A DNA stretch of 64,000 nt from Escherichia coli (GTDB lineage Bacteria; Pseudomonadota; Gammaproteobacteria; Enterobacterales; Enterobacteriaceae). Under the pieces are notes generated by a model. That model made no database searches. It was not told the DNA's origin and was given only the letters and a program-made list of their open reading frames with translations. The position numbers were made by a program, and so were the translations under genes. Location of the stretch: assembly GCF_013315695.1 (NCBI RefSeq), contig NZ_CP054356.1. One strand, given 5' to 3'. This document shows positions 41,604 to 51,667 of this stretch, piece by piece (position 1 is the first letter of the stretch; each line of letters starts with the position of its first letter).

Positions 41604-43054
41604 TGGCCAGTATCAATACCATTGTGAAACGCAAGCAGTACCTGTGGCTGGGGATTGTGGTTGTCGGTGCAGCCTCCGCGATTGGTGGGGTACTGTATCT
41701 GTCTGATGTGGACATGTCCGGTAACGGTGAGGCGGTGGCTGAACAGGAGCCTGTGCCGGATATGACAGGTGTGGTGGATACGACCTTTGATGACAAGGTG
41801 CGTCAGCATGCCACCACAGAGATGCAGGTGACGGCAGCGCAGATGCAGAAGCAGTATGAGGAAATCCGTCGTGAACTGGATGTCCTGAACAAACAGCGCG
41901 GTGATGACCAGCGTCGTATTGAAAAGCTGGGACAGGACAATGCCGCCCTGGCAGAGCAGGTAAAAGCCCTGGGTGCTAATCCCGTCACGGCGACCGGTGA
42001 GCCTGTACCTCAGATGCCTGCCTCACCGCCCGGGCCGGAAGGCGAACCACAGCCAGGAAACACCCCCGTATCCTTCCCGCCGCAGGGCAGCGTTGCTGTT
42101 CCACCGCCGACGGCGTTTTATCCCGGGAATGGTGTCACGCCACCACCACAGGTGACGTACCAGTCTGTGCCGGTGCCTAACCGGATACAGCGTAAGGTGT
42201 TTACCCGTAATGAGGGAAAACAGGGACCATCGCTGCCGTACATTCCGTCAGGAAGTTTTGCGAAAGCCATGCTGATTGAAGGGGCGGATGCCAATGCCTC
42301 AGTCACCGGTAATGAATCCACGGTGCCGATGCAGTTGCGTATCACCGGCCTGGTGGAAATGCCGAACAGCAAGACGTATGACGCAACGGGATGTTTTGTG
42401 GGGCTGGAAGCCTGGGGGGATGTGTCCAGTGAACGTGCCATTGTACGCACCCGCAATATCAGTTGCCTGAAGGACGGCAAAACTATTGATATGCCGATTA
42501 AGGGGCATGTCAGCTTCCGGGGTAAAAACGGTATCAAGGGCGAAGTGGTGATGCGTAACGGCAAAATCCTCGGCTGGGCATGGGGCGCGGGATTTGTTGA
42601 CGGTATCGGTCAGGGAATGGAGCGCGCCTCCCAACCGGCTGTCGGGCTGGGTGCCACAGCCGCTTACGGGGCTGGTGATGTCCTGAAAATGGGTATCGGT
42701 GGCGGCGCATCGAAAGCCGCACAGACGCTCAGTGACTACTACATCAAACGTGCCGAACAGTATCACCCGGTGATACCGATTGGTGCGGGCAACGAAGTGA
42801 CCGTGGTGTTCCAGGACGGCTTCCAGCTGAAAACCGTGGAGGAAATGGCGCTGGAGCAGTCACAGAGTACAGCGGAAGAGGGTAACCCGGAAAGCCCGGT
42901 GCCGAATCCTCCCTCGGCAGAAAGCCACCTGAACGGTTTTAACACCGACCAGATGCTGAAACAGCTGGGCAATCTGAATCCGCAGCAGTTTATGTCCGGA
43001 GACAAGAACCCGCTGGGCGGGGATGCCGGCAAGGAGGGCGGAAATGGCGGGTGA
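41603..43054 (+). CDS. traB: Transfer protein TraB (VirB10-like), 483 aa
   Basis: N-terminal TM, Pro-rich linker, C-terminal VirB10-like domain. Confidence 0.9.
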   Translation: MASINTIVKRKQYLWLGIVVVGAASAIGGVLYLSDVDMSGNGEAVAEQEPVPDMTGVVDTTFDDKVRQHATTEMQVTAAQMQKQYEEIRRELDVLNKQRGDDQRRIEKLGQDNAALAEQVKALGANPVTATGEPVPQMPASPPGPEGEPQPGNTPVSFPPQGSVAVPPPTAFYPGNGVTPPPQVTYQSVPVPNRIQRKVFTRNEGKQGPSLPYIPSGSFAKAMLIEGADANASVTGNESTVPMQLRITGLVEMPNSKTYDATGCFVGLEAWGDVSSERAIVRTRNISCLKDGKTIDMPIKGHVSFRGKNGIKGEVVMRNGKILGWAWGAGFVDGIGQGMERASQPAVGLGATAAYGAGDVLKMGIGGGASKAAQTLSDYYIKRAEQYHPVIPIGAGNEVTVVFQDGFQLKTVEEMALEQSQSTAEEGNPESPVPNPPSAESHLNGFNTDQMLKQLGNLNPQQFMSGDKNPLGGDAGKEGGNGG

Positions 43055-43610
43055 TGCACTGACATTCCGTGTGGCGTTTGTCGTTCGCTGGCTGCTGTGG
43101 GTCGTCAGGTTTGTGGTTATCTGGCCGCTGGCCACAATGGCCCTGATGGCTCTGTTTGTTTTATGGAAGGACAACACCACGCCGGGGAAATTACTGGTTA
43201 AGGAGATTAACTTCGTAAGACAAACAGCACCTGCCGGACAGTTCCCGGTCAGTGAATGCTGGTTTTCTTCCTCTGATTCTTCAGGCAGATCAGAAATACA
43301 GGATATCTGCCATTACCGCGCGGCTGATGCTGCAGATTATGTCAGGGAGACTGACCGGTCACTGATGCAACTGGTCACCGCATTCTGGGCAACGCTGGCA
43401 CTGATGTATATGTCGTTTGCGGCAGGCACCGGGAAATATCCGATGTGGCCCGGAAAAATGAAATGTGTCCGGGTGGGAACCGCAGATGAACATCTGAAGG
43501 AAGTTTATACGGAAGACGCTTCCCTGCCGGAAAAAATCAGGAAATGCCCTGTTTATTTCCATGATGACAGAACAAACAGAAGCAACGGAGATAAAAATGA
43601 ACATGCGTAA
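43023..43610 (+). CDS. traP: Transfer protein TraP, 195 aa
   Basis: Position and size in the tra operon. Confidence 0.8.
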   Translation: MPARRAEMAGDALTFRVAFVVRWLLWVVRFVVIWPLATMALMALFVLWKDNTTPGKLLVKEINFVRQTAPAGQFPVSECWFSSSDSSGRSEIQDICHYRAADAADYVRETDRSLMQLVTAFWATLALMYMSFAAGTGKYPMWPGKMKCVRVGTADEHLKEVYTEDASLPEKIRKCPVYFHDDRTNRSNGDKNEHA

Positions 43611-43914
43611 TATTAATGTTATTACTGCCCGCGCTGTGCCGGATAAAAACGTATCAGATGATTTTATGCATGCTGTTCTCAGTAACTGCACCACAAGAAT
43701 CGCACTTCCTGCGCCGAAGAAATTCAGTTCTGAATCATTGCCGCACAATTTTAATATGGCTGCTGTCGGAGTGATGAAGAAGGGTATGTCGATGAGTTTA
43801 TTTTCTTCTCCGGGAAATACAGTAGTCTCCGGACAACCCTGTGCAGGAAAAACAAATCTGACAGTAGAGTTAATTTCTGCTGTTGTGGAGAGTAATAAAA
43901 AAGGAGAAGGGTAA
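43597..43914 (+). CDS. TrbD/TrbG region ORF (start uncertain)
   Basis: Small ORF between traP and traV where F carries trbD and trbG; exact gene boundaries not resolved. Confidence 0.45.
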   Translation: MNMRNINVITARAVPDKNVSDDFMHAVLSNCTTRIALPAPKKFSSESLPHNFNMAAVGVMKKGMSMSLFSSPGNTVVSGQPCAGKTNLTVELISAVVESNKKGEG

Positions 43915-44429
43915 TGAAACAGATTTCTTTATTTATTCCTCTGCTGGGAACCTTATTACTTTCCGGCTGTGCAGGAACGAACTCTGATTTTGAGTGTGAT
44001 GCCACCACGTCAGATACCTGTATGACGATGGAGCAGGCTAATGAGAAGGCCAAAAAACTGGAGCAGTCCTCAGAAGCAAAGCCGGTTGCGGCATCACTGC
44101 CGCGCCTGGCTGAAGGGAACTTCCGGACCACGTCGGTGCAGGCCGTTGCGGCGACAACGCCGTCCCGCAGCAGGCCTGCGGTGACAGCACATCCGGAGCA
44201 GAAACTGCTGGCACCACGCCCGCTGTTTACCGCTGCCCGGGAAGTGAAAACGGTTGTTCCGGTCAGTTCAGTTGCGCCGGTAACACCTCCCCGTCCGCTA
44301 AGAACGGGTGAGCAGACGGCTGCATTATGGATAGCGCCTTATATTGATAATCAGGATGTTTATCATCAGCCATCCAGTGTGTTTTTTGTTATTAAACCGT
44401 CTGCGTGGGGAAAACCACGTATTAATTAA
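43914..44429 (+). CDS. traV: Outer-membrane lipoprotein TraV, 171 aa
   Basis: Lipobox LLSGC at the N-terminus; position and size. Confidence 0.9.
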   Translation: MKQISLFIPLLGTLLLSGCAGTNSDFECDATTSDTCMTMEQANEKAKKLEQSSEAKPVAASLPRLAEGNFRTTSVQAVAATTPSRSRPAVTAHPEQKLLAPRPLFTAAREVKTVVPVSSVAPVTPPRPLRTGEQTAALWIAPYIDNQDVYHQPSSVFFVIKPSAWGKPRIN

Positions 44430-44563
44430 CTGGCCCTGAAGTTGTATATCAGCCGGCAATGCCGGCGGGCTTTCTGTATTCAAAATCTGCCTGTAAAACG
44501 AGTGCCCTGTGCGTGAAAAGGGATGGGCGGTAGCGTGTCAGAACATGTCGGGAGGAATATTCC

Positions 44564-44785
44564 GTGAGTGATGAAGCCGATGAAGCATATTCAGTGACAG
44601 AACAACTGACCATGACAGGAATAAACCGGATACGCCAGAAAATAAATGTTCATGGTATTCCTGTTTATCTCTGTGAAGCATGCGGAAATCCTATTCCGGA
44701 AGCCCGGAGGAAAATATTTCCCGGTGTGACGTTGTGCGTTGAATGTCAGGCGTATCAGGAAAGGCAGAGGAAACACTATGCATAA
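44564..44785 (+). CDS. traR: TraR (DksA/TraR-family C4 zinc finger), 73 aa
   Basis: Motifs CEACGNPIPEARRK...CVEC. Confidence 0.9.
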   Translation: MSDEADEAYSVTEQLTMTGINRIRQKINVHGIPVYLCEACGNPIPEARRKIFPGVTLCVECQAYQERQRKHYA

Positions 44786-44793
44786 ATCAGAAA

Positions 44794-45255
44794 ATGAAAA
44801 AAATAGATTTTATTCTGGATGAGCATGAGCAGATATTCAGAAAACAGGGTTCTTTGTGTATGGCACTGGGTAAGGGCTTTTTAGTTATAGCTATTCTTTG
44901 TGGTGTTGCCACATTCTGTGTTTCTGGCCTGTATCTGAAATCCCTGTGCCTGTCCGTTGCCTGCTGTTGTGGGGTATTCAGTCGTATTTTTAATTATTAC
45001 AGCGTACCGGAGGAATCACGCATGGTACTCAGTCGTCAGGAATTACTCCGGCTTATGCGTCTGACTGAAGACGTACCAGATGTGAGACAGGAACTGCTTA
45101 ACCGTTTGTTGTCCGGTAAAAAACTGACTGGTCGGGATGAACAGGATATCCGGCGTCTCTGGCAGGAGAAAGTGGATGCAATGCAGGAGTCTGCCACCCG
45201 TCAGCGTGAACAGGATACTATTCGGAAGTTTACTGAAGGGAATAAATCCGAATGA
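44794..45255 (+). CDS. Hypothetical membrane protein, about 153 aa (insert between traR and traC); start uncertain
   Basis: Cys-rich hydrophobic segment, then a charged helical C-terminus; AT-rich relative to the flanking tra genes. Confidence 0.4.
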   Translation: MKKIDFILDEHEQIFRKQGSLCMALGKGFLVIAILCGVATFCVSGLYLKSLCLSVACCCGVFSRIFNYYSVPEESRMVLSRQELLRLMRLTEDVPDVRQELLNRLLSGKKLTGRDEQDIRRLWQEKVDAMQESATRQREQDTIRKFTEGNKSE

Positions 45256-45334
45256 GAATCTGCAGTGTTTTATGACCTCATAAGTTAACTGAAGGGATAT
45301 TCAGTGATTAATATACAAGCGGAGATAATAAAGA

Positions 45335-45553
45335 ATGCATACCTTTATTTTTCTTGTGCTGATAAAAAATATTAACGGTGGCGGAAGCTGGAATATTACA
45401 CCCATGCCAAATACGGACGTATGCGTGCAGGTTCTTCGGACAATCGAAGCACATGGCGGCAGGGGCTTTGGAAATACAGGGGAGTGTATTGAAGTTAAAA
45501 CAAATGAACCTTTGAACAGCGTGATGGAAACACTAAATGGTGGTGGGCAATGA
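45335..45553 (+). CDS. Small hypothetical protein, 72 aa (insert between traR and traC)
   Basis: GGAGA RBS about 10 nt upstream; hydrophobic N-terminus. Confidence 0.3.
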   Translation: MHTFIFLVLIKNINGGGSWNITPMPNTDVCVQVLRTIEAHGGRGFGNTGECIEVKTNEPLNSVMETLNGGGQ

Positions 45554-45580
45554 GTGCTTACTGCTTCGAAGGAAAATGAA

Positions 45581-45928
45581 ATGAAGTCGATATATTTAAA
45601 ATCTGTTCTGGCTTTTATATTTGTTGGCGTTATGGCTATGATTGTATGTATTCCTTTTTACATCGTTTACCTTGCGCAACAACCTGCAACACCAGAACAA
45701 CTGACAGAGATTTTACAGGAAACTCCCTGTGCAGCAGAAGCATTTCAGGAGACACTTAATTATCAGTCTGAACCTTTAACACTTGGTAAGGCAAATAAAA
45801 TCGCATCAGAATGCAGAAAAAGAAACGAAATGGCAGAGGTGAAACGTGTAAGAGAAAATGAGCGCAATAAGATTCGCGAAAAACAAATTCAGGCATTAAA
45901 TGATGCTCATTCAGTAAAGGAACGTTAA
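45581..45928 (+). CDS. Hypothetical membrane-anchored protein, about 115 aa (insert between traR and traC)
   Basis: AAGGA RBS; N-terminal TM helix then a charged C-terminal tail. Confidence 0.4.
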   Translation: MKSIYLKSVLAFIFVGVMAMIVCIPFYIVYLAQQPATPEQLTEILQETPCAAEAFQETLNYQSEPLTLGKANKIASECRKRNEMAEVKRVRENERNKIREKQIQALNDAHSVKER

Positions 45929-46053
45929 TCCTGGTTTCCTGTTAAAAGCCTCCATCTCTTATTTGTGCTGTGGTTTCAGGAATGGCACTGCGTGATATAT
46001 CCACGGCCACAGACTGATATTTTCCTTTTTTAAACGCACTAAGGAATACTCAT

Positions 46054-48684
46054 ATGAGTAATAACCCACTTGAGGCCGTCACTCAGGCGGTTAACTCCCT
46101 CGTCACAGCACTGAAACTGCCTGACGAATCCGCAAAGGCCAATGAAGTTCTGGGCGAAATGAGCTTCCCGCAGTTCAGCCGTCTGCTGCCGTACCGTGAT
46201 TACAACCAGGAATCCGGTCTGTTCATGAATGACACCACGATGGGCTTTATGCTGGAAGCCATTCCCATCAATGGGGCGAATAAGTCCATTGTGGAGGCAC
46301 TCGATCACATGCTGCGCACCAAACTGCCGCGCGGTATTCCGTTGTGTATCCATCTGATGTCCAGTCAGCTGGTTGGTGACAGGATTGAATACGGGCTGCG
46401 TGAGTTCTCCTGGTCAGGTGAACAGGCTGAACGGTTTAACGCCATTACCCGTGCCTATTATATGAAAGCGGCAGCGACACAGTTCCCGCTGCCGGAGGGG
46501 ATGAATCTGCCCCTGACCCTGCGCCATTACCGGGTGTTTATCTCGTACTGTTCTCCCTCGAAGAAAAAAAGCCGGGCTGACATTCTGGAAATGGAAAATC
46601 TGGTGAAAATCATCCGTGCCTCTTTTCACGGCGCAAAAATCACCACACAGACAGTGGATGCACAGGCTTTCATCGAGATTGTCGGGGAGATGATTAACCA
46701 TAATCCGGACTCTCTGTACCCGAAAAGACGTCAGCTGGACCCGTATTCTGATCTGAATTATCAGTGTGTGGAGGACAGTTTTGACCTGAATGTCCGGGCT
46801 GATTACCTGACGCTGGGCCTGCGTGAGAACGGCAGGAACAGCACGGCCCGCATCCTGAATTTCCATCTGGCCCGTAACCCGGAAATCGCCTTCCTGTGGA
46901 ACATGGCCGACAACTACAGCAATCTGCTGAACCCGGAAATGTCCATTTCCTGCCCGTTCATCCTGACGCTGACTCTGGTGGTGGAAGACCAGGTGAAAAC
47001 CCACAGCGAAGCCAACCTGAAGTACATGGACCTGGAGAAGAAGTCGAAGACCTCCTATGCCAAATGGTTTCCGTCCGTGGAGAAAGAGGCGAAGGAGTGG
47101 GGGGAACTGCGCCAGCGGCTGGGCTCCGGCCAGTCTTCTGTCGTGTCCTACTTCCTCAACATCACAGCCTTCTGCAAGGACAATAATGAAACGGCACTGG
47201 AAGTGGAGCAGGACATCCTGAACAGCTTCCGTAAAAACGGTTTTGAGCTGATTTCACCGCGCTTTAACCACATGCGCAATTTCCTGACCTGCCTGCCCTT
47301 TATGGCCGGGAAAGGGCTGTTTAAACAGCTGAAAGAGGCCGGTGTGGTTCAGCGCGCAGAGAGCTTTAATGTGGCCAACCTGATGCCGTTAGTGGCGGAT
47401 AACCCCCTGACACCGGCAGGTCTGCTGGCGCCCACCTACCGTAACCAGCTGGCGTTTATCGATATCTTCTTTAAGGGGATGAATAACACCAACTACAACA
47501 TGGCGGTCTGTGGCACCTCCGGGGCCGGTAAAACCGGACTGATACAGCCACTTATCCGCAGCGTGCTGGACTCCGGGGGCTTTGCCGTGGTGTTCGACAT
47601 GGGGGATGGCTACAAGTCCCTGTGTGAGAACATGGGGGGCGTATATCTGGACGGTGAAACCCTGCGTTTTAACCCGTTTGCGAACATCACCGATATCGAC
47701 CAGTCAGCGGAGCGTGTCCGCGACCAGTTGTCGGTGATGGCCAGCCCCAACGGTAACCTGGATGAAGTGCATGAAGGTCTGCTGCTGCAGGCGGTCAAAG
47801 CCTCCTGGCTGGCCAAAAAGAATCAGGCGCGCATTGATGATGTGGTGAATTTCCTGAAAAACGCCAGTGACAGCGAGCAGTATGCCGGGTCACCGACCAT
47901 CCGCAGCCGTCTGGATGAAATGATTGTGCTGCTTGACCAGTACACTGCCAACGGCACTTATGGCCGGTATTTTAACTCTGATGAGCCGTCCCTGCGGGAT
48001 GATGCCAGAATGGTGGTGCTGGAGCTGGGTGGGCTGGAAGACCGTCCGTCCCTGCTTGTTGCGGTGATGTTCTCCCTTATTATCTACATCGAGAACAGGA
48101 TGTACCGCACGCCGCGTACTCTCAAGAAACTGAACGTCATTGATGAAGGCTGGCGTCTGCTGGACTTCAAAAATCGTAAAGTCGGTGAGTTTATTCAAAA
48201 AGGTTACCGCACCTGTCGCCGCCATACCGGTGCCTATATCACCATCACACAGAACATCGTCGACTTTGACTCTGACAAGGCCTCCAGTGCGGCCCGTGCG
48301 GCATGGGGTAACTCCTCCTACAAAATTATCCTCAAACAGAGTGCGAAGGAGTTCGCGAAATATAACCAGTTATTCCCGGATCAGTTCCAGCCACTGCAGC
48401 GCGACATGATTGGCAAGTTTGGTGCGGCCAAAGACCAGTGGTTCAGTTCCTTCCTGCTGCAGGTGGAAAACCATTCCTCCTGGCACCGTCTGTTTGTGGA
48501 CCCGTTAAGCCGCGCCATGTACAGCTCTGACGGCCCGGATTTTGAGTTTGTGCAGCAGAAACGCAGGGAGGGCCTGAGTATTCATGAGGCGGTGTGGCAG
48601 CTGGCGTGGAAGAAGTCAGGGCCGGAGATGGCTTCGCTGGAAGCCTGGCTGGAAGAACATGAGAAATACAGGAGTGTTGCATGA
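46054..48684 (+). CDS. traC: Type IV secretion ATPase TraC (VirB4-like), 876 aa
   Basis: Walker A GTSGAGKT; size and position. Confidence 0.95.
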   Translation: MSNNPLEAVTQAVNSLVTALKLPDESAKANEVLGEMSFPQFSRLLPYRDYNQESGLFMNDTTMGFMLEAIPINGANKSIVEALDHMLRTKLPRGIPLCIHLMSSQLVGDRIEYGLREFSWSGEQAERFNAITRAYYMKAAATQFPLPEGMNLPLTLRHYRVFISYCSPSKKKSRADILEMENLVKIIRASFHGAKITTQTVDAQAFIEIVGEMINHNPDSLYPKRRQLDPYSDLNYQCVEDSFDLNVRADYLTLGLRENGRNSTARILNFHLARNPEIAFLWNMADNYSNLLNPEMSISCPFILTLTLVVEDQVKTHSEANLKYMDLEKKSKTSYAKWFPSVEKEAKEWGELRQRLGSGQSSVVSYFLNITAFCKDNNETALEVEQDILNSFRKNGFELISPRFNHMRNFLTCLPFMAGKGLFKQLKEAGVVQRAESFNVANLMPLVADNPLTPAGLLAPTYRNQLAFIDIFFKGMNNTNYNMAVCGTSGAGKTGLIQPLIRSVLDSGGFAVVFDMGDGYKSLCENMGGVYLDGETLRFNPFANITDIDQSAERVRDQLSVMASPNGNLDEVHEGLLLQAVKASWLAKKNQARIDDVVNFLKNASDSEQYAGSPTIRSRLDEMIVLLDQYTANGTYGRYFNSDEPSLRDDARMVVLELGGLEDRPSLLVAVMFSLIIYIENRMYRTPRTLKKLNVIDEGWRLLDFKNRKVGEFIQKGYRTCRRHTGAYITITQNIVDFDSDKASSAARAAWGNSSYKIILKQSAKEFAKYNQLFPDQFQPLQRDMIGKFGAAKDQWFSSFLLQVENHSSWHRLFVDPLSRAMYSSDGPDFEFVQQKRREGLSIHEAVWQLAWKKSGPEMASLEAWLEEHEKYRSVA

Positions 48685-49067
48685 CCACAACGCAAAAAAC
48701 GACTGATGTTACAGCCCCCCGACGCAGCCACTGGTGGTGGACGGTGCCGGGATGCCTGGCAATGGTGTTACTGAACGCAGCCGTCAGTTACGGCATTGTC
48801 AGACTGAACGCACCGGTGACTGCCGCCTTCAACATGAAACAGACTGTGGATGCATTTTTTGACAGCGCCAGTCAGAAACAACTGTCAGAAGCACAGTCAA
48901 AAGCCCTTTCAGCGCGTTTTAACACGGCACTGGAAGCCAGCCTGCAGGCGTGGCAGCAGAAACACCACGCGGTCATTCTGGTGTCGCCTGCCGTGGTACA
49001 GGGGGCTCCGGATATCACCCGGGAAATCCAGCAGGATATTGCCCGGCGAATGAGAGCGGAACCATGA
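48681..49067 (+). CDS. trbI: Transfer protein TrbI, 128 aa
   Basis: Position and size. Confidence 0.85.
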   Translation: MTTTQKTTDVTAPRRSHWWWTVPGCLAMVLLNAAVSYGIVRLNAPVTAAFNMKQTVDAFFDSASQKQLSEAQSKALSARFNTALEASLQAWQQKHHAVILVSPAVVQGAPDITREIQQDIARRMRAEP

Positions 49068-49696
49068 GATGCCGGGGGCTGATTGCCCTGCTGATATGGG
49101 GGCAGAGTGTGGCCGCCGCCGATCTTGGCACCTGGGGCGATCTGTGGCCGGTAAAGGAGCCGGACATGCTGACGGTGATCATGCAGCGCCTGACGGCACT
49201 GGAGCAGTCCGGTGAGATGGGCCGGAAAATGGATGCCTTTAAGGAGCGGGTGATCCGCAACAGTCTGCGGCCCCCTGCCGTGCCCGGTATCGGACGCACG
49301 GAGAAATACGGCAGCCGGTTGTTTGACCCGTCCGTCAGACTGGCTGCGGATATCCGGGATAACGAAGGGCGGGTGTTTGCCCGTCAGGGTGAAGTGATGA
49401 ATCCGCTGCAGTATGTGCCTTTTAACCAGACGCTGTATTTCATCAATGGCGATGATCCGGCGCAGGTGGCCTGGATGAAACGCCAGACGCCGCCCACACT
49501 GGAGAGCAAAATTATCCTCGTGCAGGGCAGTATCCCGGAGATGCAGAAGTCTCTGGACAGCCGTGTTTACTTTGACCAGAACGGTGTGCTCTGCCAGCGC
49601 CTCGGCATTGATCAGGTCCCGGCACGGGTGAGCGCCGTTCCCGGCGATCGCTTCCTGAAGGTGGAATTTATTCCGGCAGAGGAGGGCAGAAAATGA
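49064..49696 (+). CDS. traW: Pilus assembly protein TraW, about 210 aa
   Basis: Start at MRCRGLIALLIWGQSVAA (signal peptide), overlapping the trbI stop. Confidence 0.85.
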   Translation: MRCRGLIALLIWGQSVAAADLGTWGDLWPVKEPDMLTVIMQRLTALEQSGEMGRKMDAFKERVIRNSLRPPAVPGIGRTEKYGSRLFDPSVRLAADIRDNEGRVFARQGEVMNPLQYVPFNQTLYFINGDDPAQVAWMKRQTPPTLESKIILVQGSIPEMQKSLDSRVYFDQNGVLCQRLGIDQVPARVSAVPGDRFLKVEFIPAEEGRK

Positions 49697-50685
49697 AGCG
49701 AAGCCTGTGGCTGCTGATGTTATTCCTTCTCGCCGGTCATGTCCCTGCAGCGTCTGCGGATTCTGCCTGTGAGGGGCGTTTTGTAAACCCGATCACGGAT
49801 ATCTGCTGGAGCTGTATTTTCCCGCTCTCGCTGGGCAGTGTCAAAGTCAGTCAGGGTAAGGTCCCCGACACGGCGAACCCGTCGATGCCCATTCAGATTT
49901 GTCCGGCACCGCCGCCGCTGTTCAGGCGTATCGGGCTGGCCATTGGTTACTGGGAGCCGATGGCGCTGACGGACGTCACCCGGTCACCGGGATGCATGGT
50001 TAACCTGGGCTTCAGCCTGCCGGCTTTTGGTAAAACGGCACAGGGAACGGCGAAAAAGGATGAGAAGCAGGTGAACGGGGCGTTCTATCACGTTCACTGG
50101 TACAAATACCCGCTGACGTACTGGCTGAACATCATCACATCGCTGGGCTGTCTGGAAGGTGGTGACCTGGATATCGCTTATCTTTCTGAAATTGACCCCA
50201 CCTGGACGGACAGCAGCCTGACCACCATTCTCAATCCGGAAGCTGTCATCTTTGCCAATCCGATAGCACAGGGGGCCTGTGCAGCAGATGCCATTGCCAG
50301 CGCCTTTAATATGCCTCTCGATGTTCTGTTCTGGTGTGCCGGTTCGCAGGGAAGTATGTACCCGTTCAATGGCTGGGTGAGTAATGAGTCCAGTCCGTTG
50401 CAGTCCTCCCTGCTGGTCAGTGAACGCATGGCGTTCAAACTACACCGTCAGGGCATGATTATGGAAACCATCGGGAAAAATAACGCCGTCTGTAATGAAT
50501 ATCCGTCCCCAATCCTGCCCAAAGAACGCTGGCGTTATCAGATGGTGAATATGTATCCGGACAGCGGGCAGTGCCATCCGTTCGGGCGCAGTGTGATGCG
50601 CTGGGAGACGGGAAAAAATCCGCCCAACACAAAGAAAAACTTCGGCTACCTGATGTGGCGTAAACGTAACTGTGTATTCCTGTAA
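49693..50685 (+). CDS. traU: Transfer protein TraU, 330 aa
   Basis: Signal peptide; size and position. Confidence 0.9.
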   Translation: MKRSLWLLMLFLLAGHVPAASADSACEGRFVNPITDICWSCIFPLSLGSVKVSQGKVPDTANPSMPIQICPAPPPLFRRIGLAIGYWEPMALTDVTRSPGCMVNLGFSLPAFGKTAQGTAKKDEKQVNGAFYHVHWYKYPLTYWLNIITSLGCLEGGDLDIAYLSEIDPTWTDSSLTTILNPEAVIFANPIAQGACAADAIASAFNMPLDVLFWCAGSQGSMYPFNGWVSNESSPLQSSLLVSERMAFKLHRQGMIMETIGKNNAVCNEYPSPILPKERWRYQMVNMYPDSGQCHPFGRSVMRWETGKNPPNTKKNFGYLMWRKRNCVFL

Positions 50686-50708
50686 ATCATTTTAATGAAT
50701 AAGAGGAA

Positions 50709-51020
50709 ATGAAAATGGCAACAATGGACAGTAAATATATTCAGCACCTCAGGAAAATAAGTGCTGTGCTGCTCAGGCTGATAAGCAGAACATTAAAATT
50801 ATTTCCTTTTGGTCTTGTAATGGTGCCCGTTATATTATTTTATTTTGCACCTGACAGTTTTCTCGCTGAAATTATTCATGAATGGAAGAAGGCAGATATA
50901 TCAGAACAAGTGACACTTGTCAGATTATATCTGAAGGTGACATTTACATGTGCGTTTATGGCTGTTTTTCTCAATTATCTTTTTTCTGATGAGTTCATGC
51001 CTGTAAATAGCAGAAAGTGA
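50709..51020 (+). CDS. Hypothetical membrane protein, 103 aa (between traU and trbC)
   Basis: GAGGA RBS; two predicted hydrophobic helices; AT-rich. Confidence 0.4.
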   Translation: MKMATMDSKYIQHLRKISAVLLRLISRTLKLFPFGLVMVPVILFYFAPDSFLAEIIHEWKKADISEQVTLVRLYLKVTFTCAFMAVFLNYLFSDEFMPVNSRK

Positions 51021-51667
51021 GAAATATCATGAACCGGAAAATATTTGCACTTTTTGCTCTGACAGCAGGGATGCATCTTGCTGTTCATGCTTCAGAAAAT
51101 GTGAACACACCTGAAAACCGCCAGTTCCTGAAGCAGCAGGAAAATTTAAGCAGACAACTGCGAGAGAAACCTGACCATCAGCTGAAAGCCTGGGCGGAGA
51201 AACAGGTGCTGGAAAACCCCCTTCAGCGTTCAGATAACCATTTTCTGGATGAGCTGGTTCGTAAACAGCAGGCTTCGCAGGACGGGAAACCCCGGCAGGG
51301 TGCCCTGTATTTTGTGTCGTTTTCCATTCCCGAAGAGGGGCTGAAACGGATGCTGGGCGAAACCCGGCACTACGGTATTCCGGCCACACTGCGGGGCATG
51401 GTGAACAATGACCTGAAGACCACCGCTGAAGCCGTGCTGTCCCTGGTGAAAGACGGCGCGACTGATGGTGTTCAGATCGACCCGACGCTGTTTTCACAGT
51501 ACGGCATTCGCAGTGTACCGGCACTGGTGGTGTTCTGCAGTCAGGGATACGACATCATCCGGGGAAACCTGCGGGTCGGCCTGGCGCTGGAGAAAGTGGC
51601 CGCCACGGGTGACTGCCGGCAGGTGGCTCATGATTTACTGGCAGGGAAAGGAGATTCCGGGAAATGA
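51017..51667 (+). CDS. trbC: Transfer protein TrbC, 216 aa
   Basis: Signal peptide; position and size. Confidence 0.85.
   Translation: MRNIMNRKIFALFALTAGMHLAVHASENVNTPENRQFLKQQENLSRQLREKPDHQLKAWAEKQVLENPLQRSDNHFLDELVRKQQASQDGKPRQGALYFVSFSIPEEGLKRMLGETRHYGIPATLRGMVNNDLKTTAEAVLSLVKDGATDGVQIDPTLFSQYGIRSVPALVVFCSQGYDIIRGNLRVGLALEKVAATGDCRQVAHDLLAGKGDSGK

Noticed and set aside
42118-42766. Minus-strand ORFs inside traB
   Set aside because: Antisense to a conserved tra gene; no independent support.
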